NCBI GenBank assembly: GCA_963205105.1
Contig: CAUJJW010000111.1
Coordinates: forward strand, 6,465 to 70,464
Length of the DNA: 64,000 nt
Reading direction: 5' to 3'
Source: Verrucomicrobiota bacterium
GTDB taxonomy: Bacteria; Verrucomicrobiota; Verrucomicrobiia; Limisphaerales; CAIMTB01
Shown here in pieces: positions 36,070 to 46,278 of this stretch; the stretch's first letter is position 1, and each line of letters starts with the position of its first letter. A program made the position numbers and the translations under genes. Under the pieces are notes generated by a model, which saw only the letters and a program-made list of their open reading frames with translations, was not told the DNA's origin and made no database searches.

Positions 36070-38211
36070 CTACGGTTTCAGGTACTCCTTGAGCCACCCG
36101 AAGACCGTCGCATGCCAGAGTTCGCTGTTCTGCGGCTTCAACACCCAGTGCCCTTCATCCGGGAAATACAGGAATTTCGAGGGAATCCCCTTCCGCTGAA
36201 GCACCGTGAACAGGTCGATGCCCTGGGCCACCGGCACCCGGAAATCGAGTTCGTTGTGAATCACCAGGTTCGGTGTCTTGAACTTCGCCGCCAACCGATG
36301 CGGGGAATACCGGCTGAATTCGGGGTTTTCCCACGGAATCCCGTGGTCCCATTCGTCAAACCACAGTTCCTCCGTCGTCCCGTACATGGTGTCGAAGTTG
36401 TACACCCCGCAGTGCGTCACCAGCGTCTTGAACTTGTCCGTGTTCCCCTGGAACCAGTTCATCGTGTAACCGCCATACGACGCTCCCGCCGCCGCCATCC
36501 GCGTCGTGTCCACGTACGCCTGCTTCTCCAGCCACGCCACACACGCCATCAAGTCGACGTACACTTTCCCGCCCCAATCCCCGGAGATTTCATCGGTGAA
36601 TTTCTGGCCAAATCCCGTCGAGCCCCGCGCATTCGGCATCGCCACAACGTACCCCTGCGCCGCCCAAAGCTGCGGGTTCCAGCGCGTCGACCAGGCATCC
36701 AGGGACGCGCTCTGCGGCCCGCCGTGCACCCAGAAGACCAACGGCACTCGCTTCGACCCGTCGTGTCCCGGCGGCTTCAGAATCCACATCTGCACCGGCG
36801 TTCCGTCCGCCCCCGGAACAGTCACCGATTCCGGTGCTGGCAGTTCCAACGTCTCCAGCAACGCCGCGTTGAGCCGCGTCAACGCCACCGTCTCGCCCCC
36901 CGCCAGGGGCACCCGAAAGAGCTCCGCCGGCCGTCGCATGGTCGATTGGGAAAAGATCACCGAAACGCCATCCGCCAGGATGCTCGACTCCCCGCACGCC
37001 CCACGGCCCATGACCAAGGCCGGCGTTCCACCCTCCCTCGGCAACCGCCACAGCGCCTGCATTCCTTCATGCTGCGCTTCCAACAGCAGGGTCTGCCCAT
37101 CCGGCGACCACGCCAAACCGTCCACCGAACGATCCCAGTCAGGGGTCAACGCCCGGGTCGCCCCCGTTTCACGGTTCAGCAGCATCACCTGCCAGCGGTC
37201 CGCCTCGAACCCCGCCCGGGTCTGCGCCCGATACGCCAGCCACTTCCCATCCTGAGAAAAACGCGGGCAACTGTCCGCCGCCGGGTTCCGCGTGATCTGC
37301 CGACGTTCGCCCCCTGCCAGTTTCACCGCCCAAAGGTCGTGGTCCGTCTTCCACGCTTCCTCGCGCGCCGGCGTCGGTGTCGCCGTGTGCACCAACTCCG
37401 CGCCATCCGGGGAAAAGGCAAATTCATCGCCCGCCACGAACGTGCTGGAGGTCGGAACCGCATCCCGATCCCCCGGCGTCAGATTGCGCGGTTCGCCGGA
37501 TGCAGCGCCGTCCTTCACCGGCACCACGAACAGATGCTGGCGCTTGCCGTCCACCCACGAATCCCAATGGCGATAGAGCAGTTGCGTGATGACCCGGGCC
37601 TTGACCTTGCTCTTTTCGCGCGCTTCCAGCTTTTCGCGATTCAGTTTCTCCGCCTCCGCGAAGGGTTTGTCCGAGAACTCCGGAAACACCGCGGAAACAA
37701 ACGCGATATGGCGGCCGTCCGGCGACCACACCGGCTGGTTGGCTTCCGTCGACAGTTGCGTGACCGACCGCGCTTCGCCGCCATCCACCCGCATCGTGTA
37801 GATCTGAAAACTCCCGTCCCGGTTCGATTCGAACGCCAGCCACTTCGAGTCCGGCGACCACGTGGGATGCCGGTCGTGCTTGGGCGAGCGCGTCAGTTGC
37901 CTGGGTTCCCCTCCCGCCGACGACACCACCCAGACGTCGGAGTTGACCGAGTTCGCCTCGCGATCAGGAACACCCACCACGTAGGCCACCCATTTTCCGT
38001 CCGGCGACGCCACGGGCTCCGACAGGCGCTTGCAGGCCAGCAGATCGTCGAACGTCATCGGACGAGGTGCGGCCGTGGCGATGGTGGAAGTCGCGAGAAG
38101 GGCCGCGACCGCCGTTCCGCCCCAAGCCCGACGCCAGTCCTGGAAGCAACTGTCCGTCGAACCCGCCGGTAGAGGTTCGAGTCGCCGTCCGCCGTCATCC
38201 TGCGATCGCAT
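36070..38211 (-). CDS. S9-family serine peptidase (prolyl oligopeptidase/DPP-like) with N-terminal TolB-like beta-propeller
   Basis: WD40-like propeller repeats (SPDGKWVAYV, WSPDSKWLAFES, WSPDGRHIAFVS...). C-terminal alpha/beta hydrolase with nucleophile motif GASYGGY and ...DEGHW. Start at MRSQDD is uncertain. Confidence 0.85.
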   Translation of the reverse strand: MRSQDDGGRRLEPLPAGSTDSCFQDWRRAWGGTAVAALLATSTIATAAPRPMTFDDLLACKRLSEPVASPDGKWVAYVVGVPDREANSVNSDVWVVSSAGGEPRQLTRSPKHDRHPTWSPDSKWLAFESNRDGSFQIYTMRVDGGEARSVTQLSTEANQPVWSPDGRHIAFVSAVFPEFSDKPFAEAEKLNREKLEAREKSKVKARVITQLLYRHWDSWVDGKRQHLFVVPVKDGAASGEPRNLTPGDRDAVPTSSTFVAGDEFAFSPDGAELVHTATPTPAREEAWKTDHDLWAVKLAGGERRQITRNPAADSCPRFSQDGKWLAYRAQTRAGFEADRWQVMLLNRETGATRALTPDWDRSVDGLAWSPDGQTLLLEAQHEGMQALWRLPREGGTPALVMGRGACGESSILADGVSVIFSQSTMRRPAELFRVPLAGGETVALTRLNAALLETLELPAPESVTVPGADGTPVQMWILKPPGHDGSKRVPLVFWVHGGPQSASLDAWSTRWNPQLWAAQGYVVAMPNARGSTGFGQKFTDEISGDWGGKVYVDLMACVAWLEKQAYVDTTRMAAAGASYGGYTMNWFQGNTDKFKTLVTHCGVYNFDTMYGTTEELWFDEWDHGIPWENPEFSRYSPHRLAAKFKTPNLVIHNELDFRVPVAQGIDLFTVLQRKGIPSKFLYFPDEGHWVLKPQNSELWHATVFGWLKEYLKP

Positions 38212-38335
38212 GACGGACGTTAGGCAATCCGGGAGAGGGGGACAACCCCGTGAACGTCTCCTCCCTGCGCTATTGGCAGATGCCTCCTCCAGGGCCACTG
38301 TCTCCGTCATTCCCAGACCCCGCGCTCCCTTGCCC

Positions 38336-39577
38336 ATGAGCCTTTCCCGACGTGCTTTCTTGGCCGGCGCCGCGACGACCACCGCCGCGGCAGCCTTGGC
38401 GGCCACAGCTCCCGCCGCGCCTCCCATCACCCCGGACCGCTCCATGAAGTCCGTCACCATCGCCCGCATCGAAACCTTCCCCCTGCTGTATCCCGTCATC
38501 GGACGTTTCAAGTTCTTCGAACGCTCCGATGGTCGGCCCGGAGGTCGCGCCGCGGTCCTGGTCAAGATCACCGCCAGCGATGGCACCGTCGGCTGGGGCC
38601 AAAGCGTGCCCATCCCCAAGTGGAGTTACGAAACCATCGAAACTGTCACTTCCACCCTCCAGCGCTACCTGATTCCCGAGTTGCTCGGGCGCGATCCCTT
38701 CGACACCGCCGGCCTCCACGCCGCGATGAATGGCGCCATTGCCCCGTCCTTCTCCACCGGCCAACCGATCTGTAAAGCCGGTCTCGACCTCGCATTGTTC
38801 GATCTCACCGGCCGACTGCTCCACCAATCCGCCTCCCAACGCTGGGGTAAAAAGGGCCGCACCCAACTCACCCTCAGCTGGACGCTCAACCCCAAAACCC
38901 TCGACGACGTCGAAGGCCTCGTCGCCCAGGGGCACGCACGTGGGTACCGCCATTTCAACGTCAAGGTCGCGCCCGATCCCAAGTTCGACATCGAACTCTG
39001 TCGATTGGTCAAGCGCCTGGTCCCCGACGGATTCCTCTGGGCCGACGCCAATGGCGGTTACGACGAAGCCACCGCCCTCGCCGTCGCTCCCAAGCTCGCC
39101 GACCTCGGGGTTCCCGTGCTGGAACAACCCCTCCCTGCCAATCGCCTCACTGGGTACCGGCGTCTCAAACAACTCGGCGCACTGCCCATCCTCATGGACG
39201 AAGGCATCGTGTCGTCGGTGGAACTCGAGGAGTTCATCCAACTGGGATTGCTGGATGGTGTGGCCATGAAACCCGCCCGCTGCGGTGGCATTACCGAGGC
39301 CAAACGCCAGATCGAGAAAGTGCTTGATGCCGGCCTGATGTTCCTCGGCAGCGGGCTCACCGATCCGGACTTGTCCCTCGCCGCTTCCCTGGCGCTCTAC
39401 GGCGCCTATGACCTGAAGTACCCGGCCGCCCTGAACGGCCCCCAGTTCCTGCAGGGATCGCTTCTCCGCCAACCGTTCGTGGTGAAGAACGGTGAACTCG
39501 AAGTTCCGGACGCTCCCGGTTTGGGCGTCGACGTCGATGAATCCAAAATCGCCAGCCTCATCGCCAAGGATGTTTAG
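38336..39577 (+). CDS. Enolase-superfamily enzyme (mandelate racemase/muconate lactonizing/dipeptide epimerase-like) with Tat-type signal
   Basis: Internal ATG MSLSRRAFLAGAATTTAAAALA (twin-arginine motif). The body VLVKITASDGTVGWGQ..., KVAPDP, WADANGGY, LEQPL, PILMDE fits the enolase-superfamily capping and barrel domains. Confidence 0.8.
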   Translation: MSLSRRAFLAGAATTTAAAALAATAPAAPPITPDRSMKSVTIARIETFPLLYPVIGRFKFFERSDGRPGGRAAVLVKITASDGTVGWGQSVPIPKWSYETIETVTSTLQRYLIPELLGRDPFDTAGLHAAMNGAIAPSFSTGQPICKAGLDLALFDLTGRLLHQSASQRWGKKGRTQLTLSWTLNPKTLDDVEGLVAQGHARGYRHFNVKVAPDPKFDIELCRLVKRLVPDGFLWADANGGYDEATALAVAPKLADLGVPVLEQPLPANRLTGYRRLKQLGALPILMDEGIVSSVELEEFIQLGLLDGVAMKPARCGGITEAKRQIEKVLDAGLMFLGSGLTDPDLSLAASLALYGAYDLKYPAALNGPQFLQGSLLRQPFVVKNGELEVPDAPGLGVDVDESKIASLIAKDV

Positions 39578-39585
39578 GAGCCCCC

Positions 39586-41661
39586 ATGAAACTGCCCTTC
39601 CCAGCCCTGATCGCTCTCGTTCTTGCTATCAGCCATGCCTCGCCTGGCGCCGAACAGCGACCCGAAATCACCGTGCCGTCATCGACCGAGACGTTGCATC
39701 TCCGACTGCCGGTCGAATCCGGGACCGGCACGGAACGTTCGTCGGGATTGATGGACCTCGTGGAGTTGGGCGTCGATGACACCCGCCTGCGGACCCGTCG
39801 TGTTCCCGCCATCGGCGCGGAGGGGCTCCCGATCACCAACCGTTTCGAATGGGCTGTCACGGTTCCGCCGCGAACCAACGCCTCATCCACGCGCCGATTC
39901 CGCCTCGAAAGCCCCGATGCCCAGGGTGCGGTCAGCTCGTTTCGATTCGCCAGCATCGATCCGCAATCCCTCGGCCTGTACGAACGCAACCAGCCCGTCT
40001 TCGTCTACCGTCACGGCGTCATTCGGCGCGATGGCGTGCCCGCCGACCGCGCCCGCAGCACCTACCTGCATCCATTGTACGGGCTCGATGGGGAGGTGTT
40101 GACCGACGATTTCCCAGCCGACCACCACCATCATCGCGGGCTCTTCTGGGCCTGGCCGCACGTGGGCGTCGGCGGCAAGAACTACGATCTCTGGGCCTTG
40201 AACGGGGTCGAACAACGTTTTGAGCGCTGGCTGCACCGCCCCGAAACCTCCGTCGCAGCGGCGGTGCTCGGCGTCGAGAACGGCTGGTACGTCGGCGACC
40301 GCAAGATCATGACGGAACGCCTCTGGTTCACCGTGCACCCGGCCACCGACACGCACCGGGCGATCGATCTCGATGCCTATTGGATTCCCACCACCGAACC
40401 GGTGAGCCTCGCCGGGGCCGAGGGCAAAAGTTACGGCGGCCTCACCCTGCGTTACGCCCCGCGCCAAAACACCGTCATCACCACCCCGCTGGGCAACGGT
40501 ACCAATGACCTCTACATCACCCGGCTGCCCTGGGCCGATCTGTCCGCGACATTCGAAGGCGCCCCCCAGCCTTCCGGCGCCGCGCTGTTCATCGCCCCGG
40601 ATCATCCGGATTTCCCGCCCACCTGGCTGACCCGCCATTACGGCGTGCTGTGCCTCGGCTGGCCCGGCGTCGAAGCCCGCACTTTCGAACCTGGCGTTCC
40701 CGTGCGCTGCCGTTACCGCACCTGGATTCACCGCGGCAACGTCACCCCCACCCAACTGGCCGCCGCCTACGCCTCCTACACCAACGGCCTCACCGCCGAC
40801 TGGACCCAGCCTGACTCCGGACAACCTCGCCTCAAGGCTCAACTCGAGCGCGATCACGTTCGCGTGCTCGTCGATGGCCGGCTGTTCACCGACTACCTCT
40901 ATTCCAAAGACACCAAACTTCCCCACTTCCATCCCCTGGTCGGCCCGCGCTCCGGCCAGAGCATCACGGTGAAGGAAGCCACGCCGTACCCCCACCATGC
41001 CTCGCTCTGGTTCGGCTGCGACCGCGTCAATGGCGGCAATTACTGGCAGGAAGGACTCGATCGCGGCCGCATCCGGTCCGAGAAGGTCCGCATCCTCGAT
41101 GACGGCACCACTTCCGGGACCGTCGTCATCGAGCAAGGGTGCCTTTGGGAACGTCCCGGCGCGGACGCTCCGTTCACCGACCTTCGCACCATCCGAATCA
41201 CCGCACCTTCCGCGACCCGTCGGGTGATCGATTTCGATATTCTCCTGACGGCCCTCACCGACGTGCGGGTGGAGAAATCGAATCACTCGCTGTTCGCCGC
41301 CCGGATGGCTCCGGACCTTGCCGTCACGGGCGGTGGACGTTTGATCAACTCGGCCGGAGATGCGGGCGAGAAAGCGACCTTCGGCAAAACCGCCGCCTGG
41401 ATGGATGCCCGTGGAAAGCGAGTGGGCGACATCGTGGAAGGACTGACCCTGTACCCGCATCCCAACAATCCCGACCATCCCGTTCCCTGGTTCACCCGGG
41501 ATTACGGCTTTCTCTCCCCCACCTCCCTGAACTGGTTGGAGGATGGTGAGATTCGCTTTGAGAAGGGCGAAACCATCCGTCTGCAATACCGGGTCGTCCT
41601 CCACGCCGACAACCCGTCCAACGAGGAACTCGACCGCCTGGGCTTCGCCCCCTCTCCATGA
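39586..41661 (+). CDS. Secreted protein with two PmoA-family (DUF6807-like) domains
   Basis: Signal peptide MKLPFPALIALVLAISHASPGAE. The first domain contains HHHHRGLFWAWPHVGVGG..DLWAL. The second contains LPHFHPLVGP...PYPHHASLWFGCDRVNGGNYWQE. The TGA stop lies inside the CTCCATGAACC terminus of RepE. Confidence 0.7.
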   Translation: MKLPFPALIALVLAISHASPGAEQRPEITVPSSTETLHLRLPVESGTGTERSSGLMDLVELGVDDTRLRTRRVPAIGAEGLPITNRFEWAVTVPPRTNASSTRRFRLESPDAQGAVSSFRFASIDPQSLGLYERNQPVFVYRHGVIRRDGVPADRARSTYLHPLYGLDGEVLTDDFPADHHHHRGLFWAWPHVGVGGKNYDLWALNGVEQRFERWLHRPETSVAAAVLGVENGWYVGDRKIMTERLWFTVHPATDTHRAIDLDAYWIPTTEPVSLAGAEGKSYGGLTLRYAPRQNTVITTPLGNGTNDLYITRLPWADLSATFEGAPQPSGAALFIAPDHPDFPPTWLTRHYGVLCLGWPGVEARTFEPGVPVRCRYRTWIHRGNVTPTQLAAAYASYTNGLTADWTQPDSGQPRLKAQLERDHVRVLVDGRLFTDYLYSKDTKLPHFHPLVGPRSGQSITVKEATPYPHHASLWFGCDRVNGGNYWQEGLDRGRIRSEKVRILDDGTTSGTVVIEQGCLWERPGADAPFTDLRTIRITAPSATRRVIDFDILLTALTDVRVEKSNHSLFAARMAPDLAVTGGGRLINSAGDAGEKATFGKTAAWMDARGKRVGDIVEGLTLYPHPNNPDHPVPWFTRDYGFLSPTSLNWLEDGEIRFEKGETIRLQYRVVLHADNPSNEELDRLGFAPSP

Positions 41662-42110
41662 ACCGTGAAATCGTTTCGTTGATTTCCAACGACTTACAAT
41701 TTCGCGGTTCAAGGGCCGTGAGCAGGTCGATTTCGAACAGGTGGCTCTCCATGAACCTACCCTCCCCTCGTCATCGTACTCCTACTCCTAATCGTAATCC
41801 CCCCGCCTCCCCAGGTTCATGGCCCGTGAGCATGGCGCCTGCGCCAACGCCGCTCTCGATGAACCTTTCCAGACAAGCCATCGCGAGGGTTGAACAGGGC
41901 TCCCTCACCCCAACCCTCTCCCGGGGGGAGAGGGAGTCGCGTCCTGCCCTCGGGCACATGCCTGTACCCCGTTCTTCCGAGCAGTCTCAACTCGTTCCAG
42001 CGAACCCTTGGATCAACCCTCCAAAACCCGCGGCGACGATTCTCCTTCTCCCACCGGGAGAAGGCCGGGATGAGGGCCGCCCGCTCCACTCCTCGCGCCT
42101 CGGTTCATGA
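41653..42110 (+). repeat. Mosaic repeat island: RepE(+) 41653-41712, RepD(+) 41706-41757, RepI 41750-41822, RepD fragment, RepB(+) 41855-42110
   Basis: Forward-orientation counterparts of the modules at 35230-35729 and 795-876. It starts at the stop codon of the PmoA-like gene. Confidence 0.9.
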
Positions 42111-42138
42111 TCGCCATCCATGTCTCATGCCTCAATAG

Positions 42139-43440
42139 ATGCCCCTCTCCATGAAACGTCGCGATTTTCTTTCTGCCTTGGCTCTGGGTTCGATCGCCCT
42201 CCCCACAGGCTGCTCCCAAACCCGACACCGATCCGCCTCCCCGGTCGCCCGTCTCTTCTTCACGTCCGCCGGCAAGACCTGCGTGATCCACGCGGATGGC
42301 TCCGGGTTTCGCACGCTTGAATTCAACGTTCCCAACCAGGCCACCTGGCAGCCCGGCGGCTTTTTCTCTGACGGCCGACGCGTCCTCTTCCTGAGCATGG
42401 AACCACGTCGCGACGGCCCAGGCCGGCCCTTCGAGGAGTTCTACACCCAGACCCCCACCCACCTGTGGGTGCATGACCTCGACTCCGGTTCTCTCGAGGA
42501 AGTCGCCACCCGCGATCGGCTGGCGGTCTTTGTCACACCCCAGTTGTTGCTCAACGACCACCGGCTGCTGGTCCAGGTCGTGCGGAACAAGGTCGGCCAG
42601 GTGTTCAGCATGGCCCTCGACGGAAGTGACGCCCGCGAATTCACCCAGGCCGGCGAAGGTCTGCCCTACGGCTTCAGCCTCAGCCCCGATGGACAACGCG
42701 TCGCCTTCCACCTCGCCGGCCCGCGCGGGTACGGCATCTGGATTTCGAACGCCGACGGCTCCCAGCGAACCCTCGTCGCGGAACATCCCGAGCGCCTGTA
42801 CTTCGGTCCGAGTTGGTCGCCCGACGGTCAGTGGCTCGCCTATCAGGATTGCCGGTACCGACAGGATCCAGGTCACGATTGGTCCGATCTCTGGATCGCC
42901 CGCCCGGATGGAACCGAGGCGCGGCAACTCACGGAAGGTCAGGCCCTGTGGTTCGGGGCCACTTACGGAAATCCCACTCACCGCGGCGGCGGATCCAACG
43001 TACCCTCCTGGACCGCCGATGGAGGCATCCTGGTCTCCCGACGCTTGCCCGATTCGCGCGTTGCCTGGGAGTTCCAGGCCCAACGACCGGACACCGACCA
43101 CTTCAACCGCGATTGGAAACCCGAGCAGGCGCAGGGCGGCACCGAGGTCTGCCGCATTGATCCCAAGGACGGCTCGGTTCGGCGCCTCACCCGATCGAAC
43201 CCGCCGGTGTGGGACTTCCGCGGCGTGGAGTCACCGGATGCCCGGTGGATCGCCTTCTGCCGGGCCGCCACCGGCGAATCCCCCAGCCTCTGGGTGCTCG
43301 ACACCGCGACCGGCGAGGAACGACGGCTCAGCCAGGGATTGGACGAGCGCGGCGCCGATCATCCCCGCTGGGTGCCCAATGTCGCCTCCACAGAAGCTCC
43401 AGCCAGGCGACGGAGTCGGCCCGGCATCACCGGAGCTTGA
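42139..43440 (+). CDS. TolB-like WD40 beta-propeller protein with Tat/lipoprotein signal
   Basis: MPLSMKRRDFLSALALGSIALPTGCS, and repeated propeller blades (SPDGQRVAFH, WSPDGQWLAYQD, SPDARWIAFC). An alternative start is at 42151. Confidence 0.75.
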   Translation: MPLSMKRRDFLSALALGSIALPTGCSQTRHRSASPVARLFFTSAGKTCVIHADGSGFRTLEFNVPNQATWQPGGFFSDGRRVLFLSMEPRRDGPGRPFEEFYTQTPTHLWVHDLDSGSLEEVATRDRLAVFVTPQLLLNDHRLLVQVVRNKVGQVFSMALDGSDAREFTQAGEGLPYGFSLSPDGQRVAFHLAGPRGYGIWISNADGSQRTLVAEHPERLYFGPSWSPDGQWLAYQDCRYRQDPGHDWSDLWIARPDGTEARQLTEGQALWFGATYGNPTHRGGGSNVPSWTADGGILVSRRLPDSRVAWEFQAQRPDTDHFNRDWKPEQAQGGTEVCRIDPKDGSVRRLTRSNPPVWDFRGVESPDARWIAFCRAATGESPSLWVLDTATGEERRLSQGLDERGADHPRWVPNVASTEAPARRRSRPGITGA

Positions 43441-45334
43441 TCTCCTTCAACTTCGACTGTTCCGCGCCGAACGGTCCTGGGTTCGGCACCCGGGATCGTC
43501 GTTCGTTGCCAAAGAAATCCCGGTCGATCGTCAGCGGCGAACCATCCGCGTTCTCGTAACCCACCCCCGGAGTCTTCGCCTTCCCCAACAACGACGTGGT
43601 CACGGGTACCGTCTTCGCCTCCCGTAACTGGTCACCCCAGTCCACCCGCAGCTTCACCCCATCCGCGGACACATTGAGCACGAAGGGGTCCGGACCTTGT
43701 GGCACCACCACGGCCCCGGGTTCCTTCGCGCCGGGCCTCGCCGCACGGAAGTAGATATTGCCCGACGCCAAGGTGGGCAGTTCCCGAAAGTCGTACACCC
43801 AGAGTCCGTGGCCTCCCTGCCACTCCGGGTCCTTCGTCTCCCGTCCGTCGCGAACTCCCGCATCCTCGCCGCGCCCCACAAAGATATTGTTCACAAAGCG
43901 ATTGTCCCCGCCCCGGATCGTCGCCAATCCCGCCACGGTCGTGGAGTGTGCTGGATGGAACGGGGTTTCACGGCTGGGCTCGGGTCGGCTGATGATTTTG
44001 CCCGCGAACAGATTGTGCGCGTAAGCCCCGCCCTCGGACATGTCCAGCAGGCTGACCGGGGACAGGAACAGATTGTTGTCGACCATGAACGGGCCGTGGT
44101 TCACCTCGACGAACAGGTCCTGGCCGCTGTTGTCATGGAAGAGATTTCCCGACACCCGCGTTCCCTGCGCCATCCAATCGAGCCAGAGCCCGAGGCAGGT
44201 GTGGTGGATGTGGTTGCCTTGAATCACCGAATCGATGGCCGCGTGGAACTTGATGCCCGCCATCTCAGCTCCCGTGAACAGGCGCCGTACGTGGATGTCA
44301 TGGATGACATTGCCCGTCACCGTGCTGAAGGCCGCGCCCAGACTGCCGACGATGCCCGCCTGTTCGCAGTGGGAGATGGTGTTGTTGCGCACCACGTGGT
44401 GGCCGATGGTGTCGCGGTTCCAGCCTCGTTCCAGCGCGCGTTCGATCGTCTTCACGTAACCCTCCGCCGAATTCGCCGAGGTGTTGTCCCAGCGATCCCC
44501 ATGCTTGCCGAGAGCGATCCCGGAACAGATCGAGTGGCTGATGACGTTGTCCTCGATGATCCAGCCCTTGCTCCAATGCGTGCCGATCAGGCCCTTCTGC
44601 TCCGCGGTCGGCGGCGCCCAGGGTGTGGCGGCATGTCGCAGGGTGAAGCCGCGCACCGTCAGGAAATTCCGTCCCGGTTGATCCGGGTAGAAGACGGTCT
44701 GCCGAACGTTGATCTCCACCCGCCGTTCGGTCGGGTTCACCCCGGGAAAGCGCGCCCAGATCGTGGTGTTCGTCGCCTCGACAGCGGCAAACCAGAGCTT
44801 GGCCTTGGGCGCTGCAGCGTCGCCACCCGGCGCGAACACATCCTCCTTCTTCGCCGCCTCGCTCAACCACTCACCGTCCAAGTACACCGCCCCGGTGTGA
44901 TGTTCGCGCCCCTTGCCTTCAAACCAGTCGCCCCGGATCCGGTCGTTGTAAGGGTTGAAGCTCCCAAAGAACGTGTTGGGCAAGGTCACCGACCAGACGT
45001 CGTCCGCCACCGTCACCCAGTGTTTGACCACCTCCGATCCCAGGATTTCCACCGTCTCGCCTTTCGCGGCCTGGTAGGTGATGCGGCGCTGATCGGAGTC
45101 GCCGCCCCGTAGCGGATTCACCCGCTCACGGTAGGTCCCTGCACGCACGGTGATGACATCCCCGGGTTGGGCGAGTTCAGCGGCGCGCTGGATGGAGCGC
45201 AACGGTTCGTCCCGGGTGCCTCGACGCGTGTCATCGCCGCGCGTGTCGACGAAGAATTCGGCACCGGGGACAGGGCAAGCGGCCCACACGATTCCCGATG
45301 CCAAGACCAAGCCCAGCCAGGATTGAAGGTTCAT
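43427..45334 (-). CDS. Secreted right-handed parallel beta-helix repeat protein (pectate-lyase-fold)
   Basis: Internal ATG MNLQSWLGLVLASGIVWA of ORF 43427..45742, located in an ATGAACC repeat terminus. LRSIQRAAELAQPGDVITVRAGTYRE plus repeated NNxIxH/GN beta-helix turns (VRNNTISHCEQAGI, VTGNVIHD, IQGNHIHH, VSGNLFHDN). Confidence 0.75.
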   Translation of the reverse strand: MNLQSWLGLVLASGIVWAACPVPGAEFFVDTRGDDTRRGTRDEPLRSIQRAAELAQPGDVITVRAGTYRERVNPLRGGDSDQRRITYQAAKGETVEILGSEVVKHWVTVADDVWSVTLPNTFFGSFNPYNDRIRGDWFEGKGREHHTGAVYLDGEWLSEAAKKEDVFAPGGDAAAPKAKLWFAAVEATNTTIWARFPGVNPTERRVEINVRQTVFYPDQPGRNFLTVRGFTLRHAATPWAPPTAEQKGLIGTHWSKGWIIEDNVISHSICSGIALGKHGDRWDNTSANSAEGYVKTIERALERGWNRDTIGHHVVRNNTISHCEQAGIVGSLGAAFSTVTGNVIHDIHVRRLFTGAEMAGIKFHAAIDSVIQGNHIHHTCLGLWLDWMAQGTRVSGNLFHDNSGQDLFVEVNHGPFMVDNNLFLSPVSLLDMSEGGAYAHNLFAGKIISRPEPSRETPFHPAHSTTVAGLATIRGGDNRFVNNIFVGRGEDAGVRDGRETKDPEWQGGHGLWVYDFRELPTLASGNIYFRAARPGAKEPGAVVVPQGPDPFVLNVSADGVKLRVDWGDQLREAKTVPVTTSLLGKAKTPGVGYENADGSPLTIDRDFFGNERRSRVPNPGPFGAEQSKLKEIKLR

Positions 45335-45742
45335 AAAAGGGAACGATTTCCAACCATGGGACACGTCTCGGGACCATGAACCGCGACGCGAGGAGTGCAG
45401 CGGGCGGCCCTCATCCCGGCCTTCTCCCGGAGGGAGAAGGAGAATAGGCGCCGCGGATTTCGGAAGGTCGTGCCATGCGTTGGCGGCAGCGAGTCGAGTC
45501 GGCTCGTTCGGCGGGACTTCTGGCAGGTCGCCACGCGGCATGCGCGACACCCTCTCCCCCCGGGAGAGGGGCGGGGTGAGGGAGCCCGGTTCAACCCTCG
45601 CGATGGCTTCCATGGGAAGGTTCACGGAAAGCCACCTGTTCGAAATCGACCTGCTCACGGACCTTGAACGGGGGATTCCGGGGGGCGGGACGCCCCCCTC
45701 TACGGCAGGCGGGACGCCCGCCGCTACGGATGGAAAGTTCAT
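45334..45742 (-). repeat. Mosaic repeat island: RepJ(-) 45334-45382, RepB(-) 45370-45627, RepD(-) 45619-45668, RepA(-) 45664-45740
   Basis: GGTTCATaaaagggaacgatTTCCAAccaTGGGACACgtctcgggaCCATGAACC, then a RepB copy, and so on. The outermost ATGAACC (minus strand) is the beta-helix gene's start. Confidence 0.9.
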
Positions 45743-45823
45743 GGAGTGATTCGCCTGATCAGTCGCGAGTCACGGCCTGCGCGCAAAAGAATTGTGGGGA
45801 GCCACGCTGCCGCGGGACGCACC

Positions 45824-45987
45824 ATCTCCGTGTCGTCGGAGGACACAGCCCTCTATTGGACAGGATGAACACGATGAACAGGATGAAATGCCGTTCCGCT
45901 TGGGTTCCTGAGCATCCTGTTCATCGTGTGCATCCTGTCCAAAACCCTCTGATACTTGGAGATCTCCCATCCACAACACGGAGATAC
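45824..45987. mobile_element. RepG copy 2 (palindromic MITE-like element)
   Basis: GGACAGGATGAACACGATGAACAGGATGAAATGCCGTTCCGCTTGGGTTCCTGAGCATCCTGTTCATCGTGTGCATCCTGTCC with outer arms. It is the reverse complement of copy 1 at 2986-3147. Confidence 0.75.
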
Positions 45988-46011
45988 GCCCCGCTGCCGC
46001 TGTCTTCGCGG

Positions 46012-46197
46012 ACCGATTCAGTTGGATCTCACGCGAAGACGCAAAGACGCCAAGAAGGACCGTCCGCGACAGAGGCTCGCGCCCAGAAGGATTTGTGAGC
46101 CCGAAGGTGTGGGTGATTGGGAGGTTCGTGATCCCTCGATTTTGTGGCTTTCCTTGGCGTCTTTGCGTCTTGGCGTGAACTCGATCGATTTCAACGG
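46012..46197. mobile_element. RepC copy 3 (MITE-like, TIR element)
   Basis: CCGATTCAGTTGGATCTCACGCGAAGACGCAAAGACGCCAAGAAGG ... CTTTCCTTGGCGTCTTTGCGTCTTGGCGTGAACTCGATCGATTTCAACGG. Confidence 0.8.
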
Positions 46198-46278
46198 AAT
46201 CGCTCTCCTTAGGATCTCCTCGAATCCCGGGCCAACCGAACCCAGGATGCTCCCGCGCACCCCCAACGCAGCGCCGCC

